Assembly (NCBI GenBank): GCA_016929645.1
Contig: JAFGIK010000031.1
Location: forward strand, 2,548 to 66,547
Direction of reading: 5' to 3'
DNA from: Candidatus Dojkabacteria bacterium
Lineage (GTDB): Bacteria > Patescibacteriota > Dojkabacteria > SC72 > JAFGCJ01
Length of the DNA: 64,000 nucleotides
How positions within the stretch are numbered: the stretch's first letter is position 1; each line of letters opens with the position of its first letter. The notes beneath the pieces were generated by a model. It was not told where the DNA came from. It searched no databases and saw only the letters and a program-made list of their open reading frames with translations. The translations under genes were made by a program, and so were the position numbers. Positions 1-7,734 of the stretch are shown here, one piece after another.

Positions 1-1
1 G

Positions 2-1309
2 CAAAGAATCACAATTTCTTCTCTGAAAAGCCAAATCGGAAACAGCGTCAACCTTTATGGCTGGGCAGAAACAATACGAAAACAAAGCAAAATAATTTTC
101 ATAATCTTGCGTGATCGAAGCGGTAAAGTACAATTAGTTATCGAAAAAGATACAAAAAAAGAATTTGAACTTGCAGAAGATCTATCAAACGAGTCTGTAA
201 TCGCAGTAAAAGGCCAGGTAGTTGAGCAAAAACAGGCATTCAACGGCGTAGAAATCAAAGTAGAACACATGGAAGTTTTATCAAAAGCAGAACAAATACT
301 ACCAATACCTGTTGTAGAAAAAGGGAAACAGGAACAAACCTCAATAAATAAAAGACTCGACTACAGATGGATAGATCTTCGTAAACCTCAAAATGCACTA
401 ATATTTGAAATCGGCACAGATTTAATACGTTTTATGAGCGAGTTCTTCTATGATAAAGACTTCATTCAAGCAGCAACACCAAAGATCATGGCATCACCAA
501 GTGAATCTAATGCTGAATTATTCGAAATAAAATATTTCGGGAAAAAAGCGTATCTTGCACAATCAGCTCAATTCTACAAACAAATGGCAATGGCTTCAGG
601 ATTTGAAGGATTTTTTACATTCGGCGATACCTACAGAGCCGACCCATCATCAACTATTTGGCATATGACACAATTCGTTACCCTTGATGTTGAAAAGTCC
701 TTTATCGAAAGCGAACATGATATCTTTGACTTAGAGGAAGACCTCATTCGTTTCACATTAGAGAAAATTCATGAAAAATATGGAAAGAAAATCGAAGATA
801 CGTTTGGAATCAAAATTCCTAATATGAAAGAAAAAACTCCGAGGATAACAATGAAAGAAGCCAAGGATATACTTGAAAAAGTTGGGTGTGTTGACAGAGG
901 TTCTGCTGATTTGACAACAAAAGAAGAGAAAGCTATATGTGATTGGGCCCAAAAAGAAAAAGGGAGTGATTTTATTTTTGTTTACGAATTTCCATGGGAT
1001 GTCAGACCTTTTTACCACATGAAACGAGGTGAGAACACAACACGAAGCGGAGATTTATTATTTCGTGGTAGAGAAATCTCAACTGATGCACAACGAGAAC
1101 ATAGGTACGATGTTCTTGTAAATCAGCTCCAGGAGAAAAAATTAAAAAAGGAAGAACTTCAACACTACCTTGATTTCTTCAGATATGGATGCCCACCACA
1201 CGGAGGTTTTGGTTTAGGCCCAGAAAGGTTCCTAATGCTGCTTCTTGGCCTCAACAACATTCGAGAGGTCACATACCTACCAAGAGACATGAAACGACTG
1301 TTACCATAG
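2..1309 (+). CDS. aspS: aspartate--tRNA ligase, archaeal/eukaryal-type class IIb (5' partial). The reading frame is open back to the window edge, so the TTG at 107 is not the true start.
   Basis: In-frame translation from nt 2 gives the OB-fold anticodon-binding signature (NLYGWAETIRKQSKIIFIILRDRSGKVQ). Class II motifs are present: YLAQSAQFYKQMAMASGF and the C-terminal GGFGLGPERFLMLLLG...REV. Stop TAG at 1307-1309. Confidence 0.8.
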   Translation, partial: QRITISSLKSQIGNSVNLYGWAETIRKQSKIIFIILRDRSGKVQLVIEKDTKKEFELAEDLSNESVIAVKGQVVEQKQAFNGVEIKVEHMEVLSKAEQILPIPVVEKGKQEQTSINKRLDYRWIDLRKPQNALIFEIGTDLIRFMSEFFYDKDFIQAATPKIMASPSESNAELFEIKYFGKKAYLAQSAQFYKQMAMASGFEGFFTFGDTYRADPSSTIWHMTQFVTLDVEKSFIESEHDIFDLEEDLIRFTLEKIHEKYGKKIEDTFGIKIPNMKEKTPRITMKEAKDILEKVGCVDRGSADLTTKEEKAICDWAQKEKGSDFIFVYEFPWDVRPFYHMKRGENTTRSGDLLFRGREISTDAQREHRYDVLVNQLQEKKLKKEELQHYLDFFRYGCPPHGGFGLGPERFLMLLLGLNNIREVTYLPRDMKRLLP

Positions 1310-1428
1310 TAGACTCGGTTTACATCTGACTTGTCGTGACAAGCTTATTTGAACTTCGTGACAATCAACTAGCAAGTAGAGTTCAAGTTTGACTGTCGTT
1401 GTAACACAAAGGTAGACTCGGTCTACTT
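1309..1428. repeat. Intergenic cluster of short repeats. gtagactcggtYtac occurs twice (1309-1323 and 1413-1427), each a 6-bp stem with a 3-nt loop. The near-palindrome cttgtcgtgacaag sits at 1330-1343. tcgtgacaa occurs twice.
   Basis: Read directly from the sequence. agactcggt is the reverse complement of the accgagtct core shared with the TIR repeat family. Confidence 0.6.
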
Positions 1429-1470
1429 TAGCACCTTGACTATTCGGCTTTTATTCGGTACATTAAAAGC

Positions 1471-2559
1471 ATGAACCTCTACGAAAAAATTTCGATTCTT
1501 GGACCAAATGCACAATATGATACTTGCGGACCAAAAGATTTTGGCAAAACAACAGATATTCCTGGCGTATATCATGCTAAAGTCGCAGGAAATAATGTCT
1601 GTCGCTTATTTAAGGTTCTCCAATCCAACAAATGTGTGAAGAATTGTAAGTATTGTGCATTTCGAAGAGATAGATCAACACCTCGAGCTGAGGCCTCACC
1701 CTTAGAGATGGCAAAAGCGTTTGAATCAGCATTTTCAAGAAGATTGGTTGATGGGTTATTTTTATCTTCTGCAATTGACGGACATCCTGACACAACAATG
1801 ACCAAATTACTTGATACGGCTCATATACTAAGAGAGAAATTTAAGTACAAAGGTTACCTACATTTAAAAATCATGCCCGGAGCAGCAAGTAATTGCATAG
1901 ATGAAACACTAAAACTTGCTAATAGAGTTTCCGTAAACATTGAAGCTCCGACAGAAAAAGATCTGCATTTTCTTTCACCTGAAAAACATTTAGAAAATGA
2001 TATATTAACAACATTTTCATTAATTCATCAAAAAATTCAATTGCTAAAAACAACCCAAAATAGAGTGCCAAGCATAACAACACAATTCATAGTCGGAGCA
2101 GGAGAAGAACGTGACAAGGATATTATAAAATCAACTAAATTGCTCTACAATAAATTTGAACTGCAGCGTGTTTTCTACTCAGCATTTAGACCTGTAGATC
2201 AAACTCCACTCGAAGAAAAACCGTCAACTTCATTGACACGAGAGCATCGCTTGTACCAATCCGATTTCTTGATGCGGATTTACAAATTTAGTCCCGATGA
2301 AATACCACTTGATAACGATGGATTCTTATTTGAAACTGACGACCCCAAAACCCTATGGGTTCAAGCACACCCAGAGATTTTCCCGATGAATATTAACACC
2401 GCAAGATATTTTGATTTATTAAAAATTCCAGGAATTGGTCCTGAAACGGCAAAAAAGATTATTGCACTAAGGTCCATAAACAAGATACAGTTTTATTCGG
2501 ACCTGCTAAGCCAGAGGATTCAAGTAGATAAGATTATGCCGTACGTGTATTTCAGATAA
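1471..2559 (+). CDS. radical SAM protein with C-terminal helix-hairpin-helix; putative DNA modification/repair radical SAM family (TIGR03916-like)
   Basis: CxxxCxxC cluster (CVKNCKYC) near the N-terminus. C-terminal HhH motif LLKIPGIGPETAKKIIAL. Length 362 aa. Confidence 0.65.
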   Translation: MNLYEKISILGPNAQYDTCGPKDFGKTTDIPGVYHAKVAGNNVCRLFKVLQSNKCVKNCKYCAFRRDRSTPRAEASPLEMAKAFESAFSRRLVDGLFLSSAIDGHPDTTMTKLLDTAHILREKFKYKGYLHLKIMPGAASNCIDETLKLANRVSVNIEAPTEKDLHFLSPEKHLENDILTTFSLIHQKIQLLKTTQNRVPSITTQFIVGAGEERDKDIIKSTKLLYNKFELQRVFYSAFRPVDQTPLEEKPSTSLTREHRLYQSDFLMRIYKFSPDEIPLDNDGFLFETDDPKTLWVQAHPEIFPMNINTARYFDLLKIPGIGPETAKKIIALRSINKIQFYSDLLSQRIQVDKIMPYVYFR

Positions 2560-2735
2560 AGACCGAGTCTCAGTCTGGGTTGATTTAAAAGTTAAAACGA
2601 GAAGTTTATTGAAGACAAACAACAAAAACAATATCCTATTTATCATCCTGGAAATGATGAATAATAAAATGTTAGAATATCGAGATAAAACTTGAAAAAA
2701 GGTATTAAATTTTAATGAAGCTGAGTCTCGGTCTA
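2557..2735. repeat. About 175-bp element bounded by imperfect inverted repeats. The left arm is agaccgagtctcag (2560-2573). The right arm is attaaattttaatgaagctgagtctcggtct (2705-2735). It belongs to the same TIR family as 52130-52457.
   Basis: The reverse complement of the right arm matches the TIR consensus gaccgagactcagcttcat... The left arm matches only the first 13 nt. AT-rich interior with no ORF. Confidence 0.55.
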
Positions 2736-2763
2736 GAGACCAGACTAGAGACCATCTGAATTT

Positions 2764-3357
2764 ATGAAGCTAACCCGAGATTTTTATCAAAACCCAGCAT
2801 TACAAATAGCACCCCTCTTTCTTGGTAAAAAACTTATTCATTCAACTAATCAGGGTCCAGTAGAAGGTATAATTTCTGACGTTGAAGCCTATCCCGCTAA
2901 AATTGATCAAGTATCACACGGCAACAAACGGACCAGACGAACTGAAATTATGTATGGAATCGGTGGATTTGCCTATATTTACTTGATTTATGGCATTCAT
3001 TACCAGTTTGCTGCAGTAGTAAACAAGAAAAATATTCCAGAAGTGGTATTCATCCGAGCGGTTATTCCTACCAAAGGCATCAAGTTGATGAAAAACAACT
3101 ATGAGAAAGACATTAAGAATAAATTGGATCTAACAAAATCCCCAGGTAATCTTTGCAAATCATTTAGCATTACTTCAGATTTGTATGGAGAGGATTTGAC
3201 AAAAGATAAGCTTTTCATTGAAGATGTAGGGATAAACATTAATGAAAAATTCATTAACACAAGCGAGAGAGTGGGCATTAGCAAAAGATTAAAAGGCCAT
3301 ACGAATAAGTTTAGATTCTATATAAGCCCCAGTTCAATAAAGTTTCTTAGTTTTTAG
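2764..3357 (+). CDS. mpg: DNA-3-methyladenine glycosylase (Mpg/AAG family, PF02245-like)
   Basis: N-terminal FYQNPALQIAPLFLGKKL, then GIISDVEAYPAKIDQVSHGNKRTRRTEIMYGIGGFAYIYLIYGIHYQFAAVV and VFIRAV. This matches the AAG-family conserved blocks (ETEAY, ASHA-like, YVY..YG.H). Confidence 0.8.
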   Translation: MKLTRDFYQNPALQIAPLFLGKKLIHSTNQGPVEGIISDVEAYPAKIDQVSHGNKRTRRTEIMYGIGGFAYIYLIYGIHYQFAAVVNKKNIPEVVFIRAVIPTKGIKLMKNNYEKDIKNKLDLTKSPGNLCKSFSITSDLYGEDLTKDKLFIEDVGININEKFINTSERVGISKRLKGHTNKFRFYISPSSIKFLSF

Positions 3358-3399
3358 TAAAGATTTTAATCGTTTTTTAAATTAATATTATCAAAAAGA

Positions 3400-3747
3400 A
3401 TGAAACTTAGAAGTGTAGTATTTTACGTTTCCAATATAGAAATATCAAAGCGTTTTTACCTGAAATTAGGGTTTGAGATAAATCGAGATGATGGTAAATA
3501 CATTGAGCTCATAACTGATAACAAATGTAAATCAGGACCATTTCTAGATTTGTCCGAATCAAATTCGCAACAAAAACAACCAGGAAAACAAATTTGTTGT
3601 ATAGACACAAAGGAAATTGACAAGTTATTTCGGAAATACTCTACCATAAGCGTAAGGATATCAAGTAAATTAATCGAAAAGACTTGGGGTAAAACTTTTT
3701 CAATAAAGGATCCAGACGGAAATACAATAGAATTTATCCAACAATAG
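3400..3747 (+). CDS. VOC/glyoxalase-bleomycin resistance family protein
   Basis: 115 aa. Glyoxalase-like beta-alpha-beta-beta-beta pattern (VVFYVSNIEISKRFYLKLGFEI ... IKDPDGNTIEF). Confidence 0.6.
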   Translation: MKLRSVVFYVSNIEISKRFYLKLGFEINRDDGKYIELITDNKCKSGPFLDLSESNSQQKQPGKQICCIDTKEIDKLFRKYSTISVRISSKLIEKTWGKTFSIKDPDGNTIEFIQQ

Positions 3748-3859
3748 TTAACAATCCATCATCTATTACATTGCAAAATTGTTAATCAATATTTTTTTAA
3801 TAAAAAGCGTTTAATTGACTAGTTGGTCATCATAACCTATAATAGCGGCTATATCAAAA

Positions 3860-4444
3860 ATGCCCCAAAAAGTTGAAATAGAGGCATTTATCATAAGAAA
3901 GAAAATCATAACAGAAAACAAAATCATTGAATCTGCAGCTGAAGTAATCAATCAAAAAGGATTAGAGAACTTCAATATTGAAAATATCGCAAAGAATGCA
4001 GGAATTGCTAAAGGTTCAATATATCTTTACTTTAGGAGCAAAAAGAAGCTTCTAAAGAAAACTATTTCTTTATTCATCCAACAAAGAATTCAAAATATTG
4101 AAGAAAATATCAATCAAATCTTACAGCAAGCTTGTCTAGAATTAAAAATTAAAAAACTAGTTGAGATTGATAATAGATTCACTGCAAGAAAGTTCTTATT
4201 ATTCAAGCTTTATTATGCATTATTGATTGGTTGTGAAAAAGATATCAAAGCTAGTACAGGAAGAAATTCAACCAAAACACTTATGAAATTCATAACAGAA
4301 ACGAGCAAAAAAATAGCAAAGTATTCAAATAAAGCTTCTGAAAAAGTGAAGGAAATCTCTCGTACAAACACCAAAAAGATAGCAGAGGAGATCATTGAAA
4401 GAATTCAAAATCAAGATATGTCTAAATTGACAAAATCACTCTAA
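3860..4444 (+). CDS. TetR/AcrR family transcriptional regulator
   Basis: N-terminal HTH FNIENIAKNAGIAKGSIYLYFRSKKKLL. Size and all-helical composition fit the family. Confidence 0.75.
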   Translation: MPQKVEIEAFIIRKKIITENKIIESAAEVINQKGLENFNIENIAKNAGIAKGSIYLYFRSKKKLLKKTISLFIQQRIQNIEENINQILQQACLELKIKKLVEIDNRFTARKFLLFKLYYALLIGCEKDIKASTGRNSTKTLMKFITETSKKIAKYSNKASEKVKEISRTNTKKIAEEIIERIQNQDMSKLTKSL

Positions 4445-4492
4445 ACGGGTGGACAATAGATCCCATAATATACCGTCTGGGGGTATATAATA

Positions 4493-5164
4493 TTACATAC
4501 TAAGATTGTTAACAATTATTACACCAGTATTGTCCGAAGAATAATAACTGAATGTTAAGGTATATGAAGATAACTTTGCCACAAGCGTAAAAGTTCCCAT
4601 TATTTCGCTATTCTCTTGAACATTCCATCCGGCATTTATAAGCTCATCTGCATATATTTCATTTGCGCCGAAGTTAACACCTGACAAATTGACAATCCAG
4701 GAAGTTCCTGGTGTAAAGTCAGAAGAAAATGATTTACTAGACGTTACACTTCCTTGTTGAAATATTGGAACATCAACAGGCATGGTATTCGGCCATCCCT
4801 GGTACTCTACAACGTCCGAATCATCATACATCGTATTGTAATCCTCGCTTATACCTGTTTGTGTTTCTTCATCAGAAACACCAGCGACCTTACCGCTACT
4901 GTCATCAACACTTTGAGAAGAACCGCTGTTCTGTGAATCCTTACCTGAATTTGGCTGAGAAATGTCCTCTTCTGAAGAACCATTACCATTATTGTCTGAA
5001 ATATCTGGCTTCTTGGTTTCTAAATTTAAAAAAGCCAGCACCGCTGACGCAGAAATAAGTACAACGAATATAAAAGAAAGAACAACCCAGAAAATTCTGT
5101 CTTTACCATCAGAAACAAGAATAGAATTGATATCTTTAGAAGGACTGTCGCTGAGAGAGTTCAT
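4493..5164 (-). CDS. hypothetical membrane-anchored, Ser/Asp/Asn-rich secreted protein
   Basis: Single N-terminal TM helix (IFWVVLSFIFVVLISASAVLAFL), then a low-complexity acidic region. Confidence 0.5.
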   Translation of the reverse strand: MNSLSDSPSKDINSILVSDGKDRIFWVVLSFIFVVLISASAVLAFLNLETKKPDISDNNGNGSSEEDISQPNSGKDSQNSGSSQSVDDSSGKVAGVSDEETQTGISEDYNTMYDDSDVVEYQGWPNTMPVDVPIFQQGSVTSSKSFSSDFTPGTSWIVNLSGVNFGANEIYADELINAGWNVQENSEIMGTFTLVAKLSSYTLTFSYYSSDNTGVIIVNNLSM

Positions 5165-5298
5165 ACTTTTTTAATATTTAAGTAAGAATTTCTTATTTTA
5201 CAATTTTAATTAATAAATTTCCACTCGAATCCATTAATCATTTTTTGCTAAAACTTTGCTTAAACTTTTTTGTGGAAACCGTCAAAAAAGATAACCGT

Positions 5299-6666
5299 CT
5301 AGACCTTGCGAAAATAGGCAAGACACTCAACATGTGGGGTACAAGGATAAAAATTGAATACTTTGAAGAACTTTATCTGATACAACTTCTTTAACGAATT
5401 AAAATCACTGGCCATTGTTGCAGGATTACACGATAAATAAAGAATATTCTTTGGTAATACCTTTAGAATTGAATTCATCAATTTAGGATGAATACCAGGC
5501 CGTGGAGGATCAAAGATCATAAAATCTGATTTCTTTAATTCTTCTTCAGATAAAAGCTTCTCTGCAAGACCTTCAATAAACTCAAAGTTATTAGCACCAT
5601 TATTCTTTGCGTTTTGAAGAGAGTACTTTTGAGAATCAGTAAAACTATCAACTCCCAAAACGCTACCAAAAAGATCAGCCAGAGAGATTCCAATACTTCC
5701 AGCCCCGGAATATATATCGCTACAACGCCTTCTTTCCATCGTATTTACACAAGATACAAGCTCTCGCATATCATGCAATACAAACTCAAACATATTAGGA
5801 TTTATCTGAAAAAATCCATAGTAAGGATAACGAAATATTTTGCCAAGCAAAGATTCGGACAACCACTCTTGTCCGAATGAATACAAAATCTTTGTCGAGA
5901 CACTTGCTGGACTTTTTGGATCTGAATAAATTACATGCAGTCCACATACTTTATCTGAACTATCTTTTAGATTATTAAAAAACTCCTTGAATTCTTTTTT
6001 GTATGAAAATTCCTCGTCCTTAACATAAAGAGCCAAATTTGTTTCTTTAGTAAAATTACTATATCTAACCAAGACAGATTTTAACTTTCCTGATTCAACA
6101 GCTAATCCGTTAATAAAAGACAATAATTTTGTCGCAGCTCGATTAGGCGAGTCTGAAATCAAACTAAATCTCGAAATCGGACATTTGCCTCGTCGAGAAT
6201 CCCGATTGAAAAATGCAAATTCCCATATTTTATTGTCATAATCGTAAAATAGCGAAAATTCGGCTTTATTCCTATACGAAAATCTATTTTCGTCAAATGA
6301 AATTTCAAAATCAGGAAGATCTACATCCGCAATATTTTTGAACAACCTACGAACAAGTTCAACCTTCTGTTGATTCTCATATTTGAAGCTCATAATTTCC
6401 CAACACGAAGTGGACAAGTAACATTCGGACACTGATTCGATTCGATGTTTAGATTTTTCTATAATCTTTATGGCTAAGCATCTTCTGATCTTTTTCTTTT
6501 TCTTTATTACAACCGCCTCCACCACTTCTCCGGGTAGTGCATTCAATACCCAGTAAATCACACCTTCAAAACAGGCTACACCAAAGCCCTTTTCATTCAC
6601 ATGAGAAATTCGAAGTGTTTTGTAGAGAACCTTTCTATTCTCATTATCTTTGTTACTGGCTGACAT
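5299..6666 (-). CDS. RNA (uracil-C5)-methyltransferase, RlmD/RumA/TrmA family (TRAM domain + SAM-dependent MTase)
   Basis: N-terminal TRAM-like OB segment. MTase motifs DPPRPG and YLSCNPATMASDF are present. A GxGxxG-like SAM site is also present (IYSGAGSIGISLA). Confidence 0.75.
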   Translation of the reverse strand: MSASNKDNENRKVLYKTLRISHVNEKGFGVACFEGVIYWVLNALPGEVVEAVVIKKKKKIRRCLAIKIIEKSKHRIESVSECYLSTSCWEIMSFKYENQQKVELVRRLFKNIADVDLPDFEISFDENRFSYRNKAEFSLFYDYDNKIWEFAFFNRDSRRGKCPISRFSLISDSPNRAATKLLSFINGLAVESGKLKSVLVRYSNFTKETNLALYVKDEEFSYKKEFKEFFNNLKDSSDKVCGLHVIYSDPKSPASVSTKILYSFGQEWLSESLLGKIFRYPYYGFFQINPNMFEFVLHDMRELVSCVNTMERRRCSDIYSGAGSIGISLADLFGSVLGVDSFTDSQKYSLQNAKNNGANNFEFIEGLAEKLLSEEELKKSDFMIFDPPRPGIHPKLMNSILKVLPKNILYLSCNPATMASDFNSLKKLYQIKFFKVFNFYPCTPHVECLAYFRKV

Positions 6667-6805
6667 TTTTATTTGAGATTAATCATAAACTTACATATTA
6701 ATCATTAACTTTTCATTACTAAACTAGCAATAACTTGCAAATGTACATAAAAATTTGATATTCTACTGATGATCCTAGAATAACTCATAGAAATATTCTT
6801 ATCAA

Positions 6806-7723
6806 ATGATTGAAATCAAAAACATATACAAAAGTTTTGGACCCATTCACGCAGTAAACGGCATCAGTCTATCAATAGACAAGGGTGAGATCCTTGGTCT
6901 TCTCGGCCCTAATGGAGCAGGGAAATCAACTACAATGAGGATGATTACAGGTTACTTATTTCCAGACAAAGGCTCAATAAAAATACAAGGCCAAGATATG
7001 AAAGAAAATAGCGAGGAAATACAGAAGATAATAGGGTACATGCCAGAAAACAATCCAATCTATAAATCTATGTTGGTAGAGGAGCTGCTAAAGCTTGTTC
7101 TCAGATTAAGACAGATACCAATAGATCAAAATATCATTGATAAAGTTGTTGAGCAGACAGGATTAGAAGATGTTTACTATCGACCCATAGGTCAATTATC
7201 AAAAGGATATCAACAACGAGTTGGTCTTGCTCAAGCTCTTATTCACGATCCAGAAATTTTGATTCTAGATGAACCAACAGAAGGACTTGATCCAAATCAA
7301 AGAAATGAAATCAGGAAACTCGTGAGAAACATAAGCCAAGAGAAGACAATTATCATTAGTACTCATGTTATGCAAGAAGTTTCAGCAATGTGCAACCGTA
7401 TTGTAATTATCAATAATGGAAAGATTGTTGCAGATGGAGATCAGAAAACACTAACAAATAGAGATTCAGAAATCGTTGAATTCAGTGCAGAGGGAAAAAA
7501 TATCGAAGAACAACTCAAAAAAATTCAGACAGTAAAAATTGTAAAAAAAATAGAGAGCCAAAACAATATCGAATTATTTGAATTAGCAACAAAAGCAGAT
7601 AAAAACTTCTACAAAGAGCTTGGAGAAATTACTGCAGCAAACAGATGGATAGTCTACAAGATAAATGAAAAAGTTGACTCTCTTGAGGACGTGTTTTACA
7701 GCCTTACAAAAGAAAATAATTAA
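6806..7723 (+). CDS. ABC transporter ATP-binding protein, GldA-like (ABC-2 subfamily), with a C-terminal extension of about 80 aa
   Basis: Walker A GLLGPNGAGKSTT, signature LSKGYQQRVGLAQAL, Walker B ILILDEPTEGLD, H-loop ISTHVM. Confidence 0.85.
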   Translation: MIEIKNIYKSFGPIHAVNGISLSIDKGEILGLLGPNGAGKSTTMRMITGYLFPDKGSIKIQGQDMKENSEEIQKIIGYMPENNPIYKSMLVEELLKLVLRLRQIPIDQNIIDKVVEQTGLEDVYYRPIGQLSKGYQQRVGLAQALIHDPEILILDEPTEGLDPNQRNEIRKLVRNISQEKTIIISTHVMQEVSAMCNRIVIINNGKIVADGDQKTLTNRDSEIVEFSAEGKNIEEQLKKIQTVKIVKKIESQNNIELFELATKADKNFYKELGEITAANRWIVYKINEKVDSLEDVFYSLTKENN

Positions 7724-7734
7724 TTCATCAATTT

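Noticed and set aside
758-1018. Many short antisense or embedded ORFs from the six-frame track (for example 758-1018-, 1572-1805-, 4754-5058+, 22244-22600-, 40203-40412+, 56213-56503-, 63461-63994-)
   Set aside because: Each lies wholly inside a strongly supported gene on the opposite strand or in another frame. Their translations are low-complexity (Phe/Ile/Leu/Ser-rich), as expected from antisense AT-rich coding DNA. None carries recognisable motifs.
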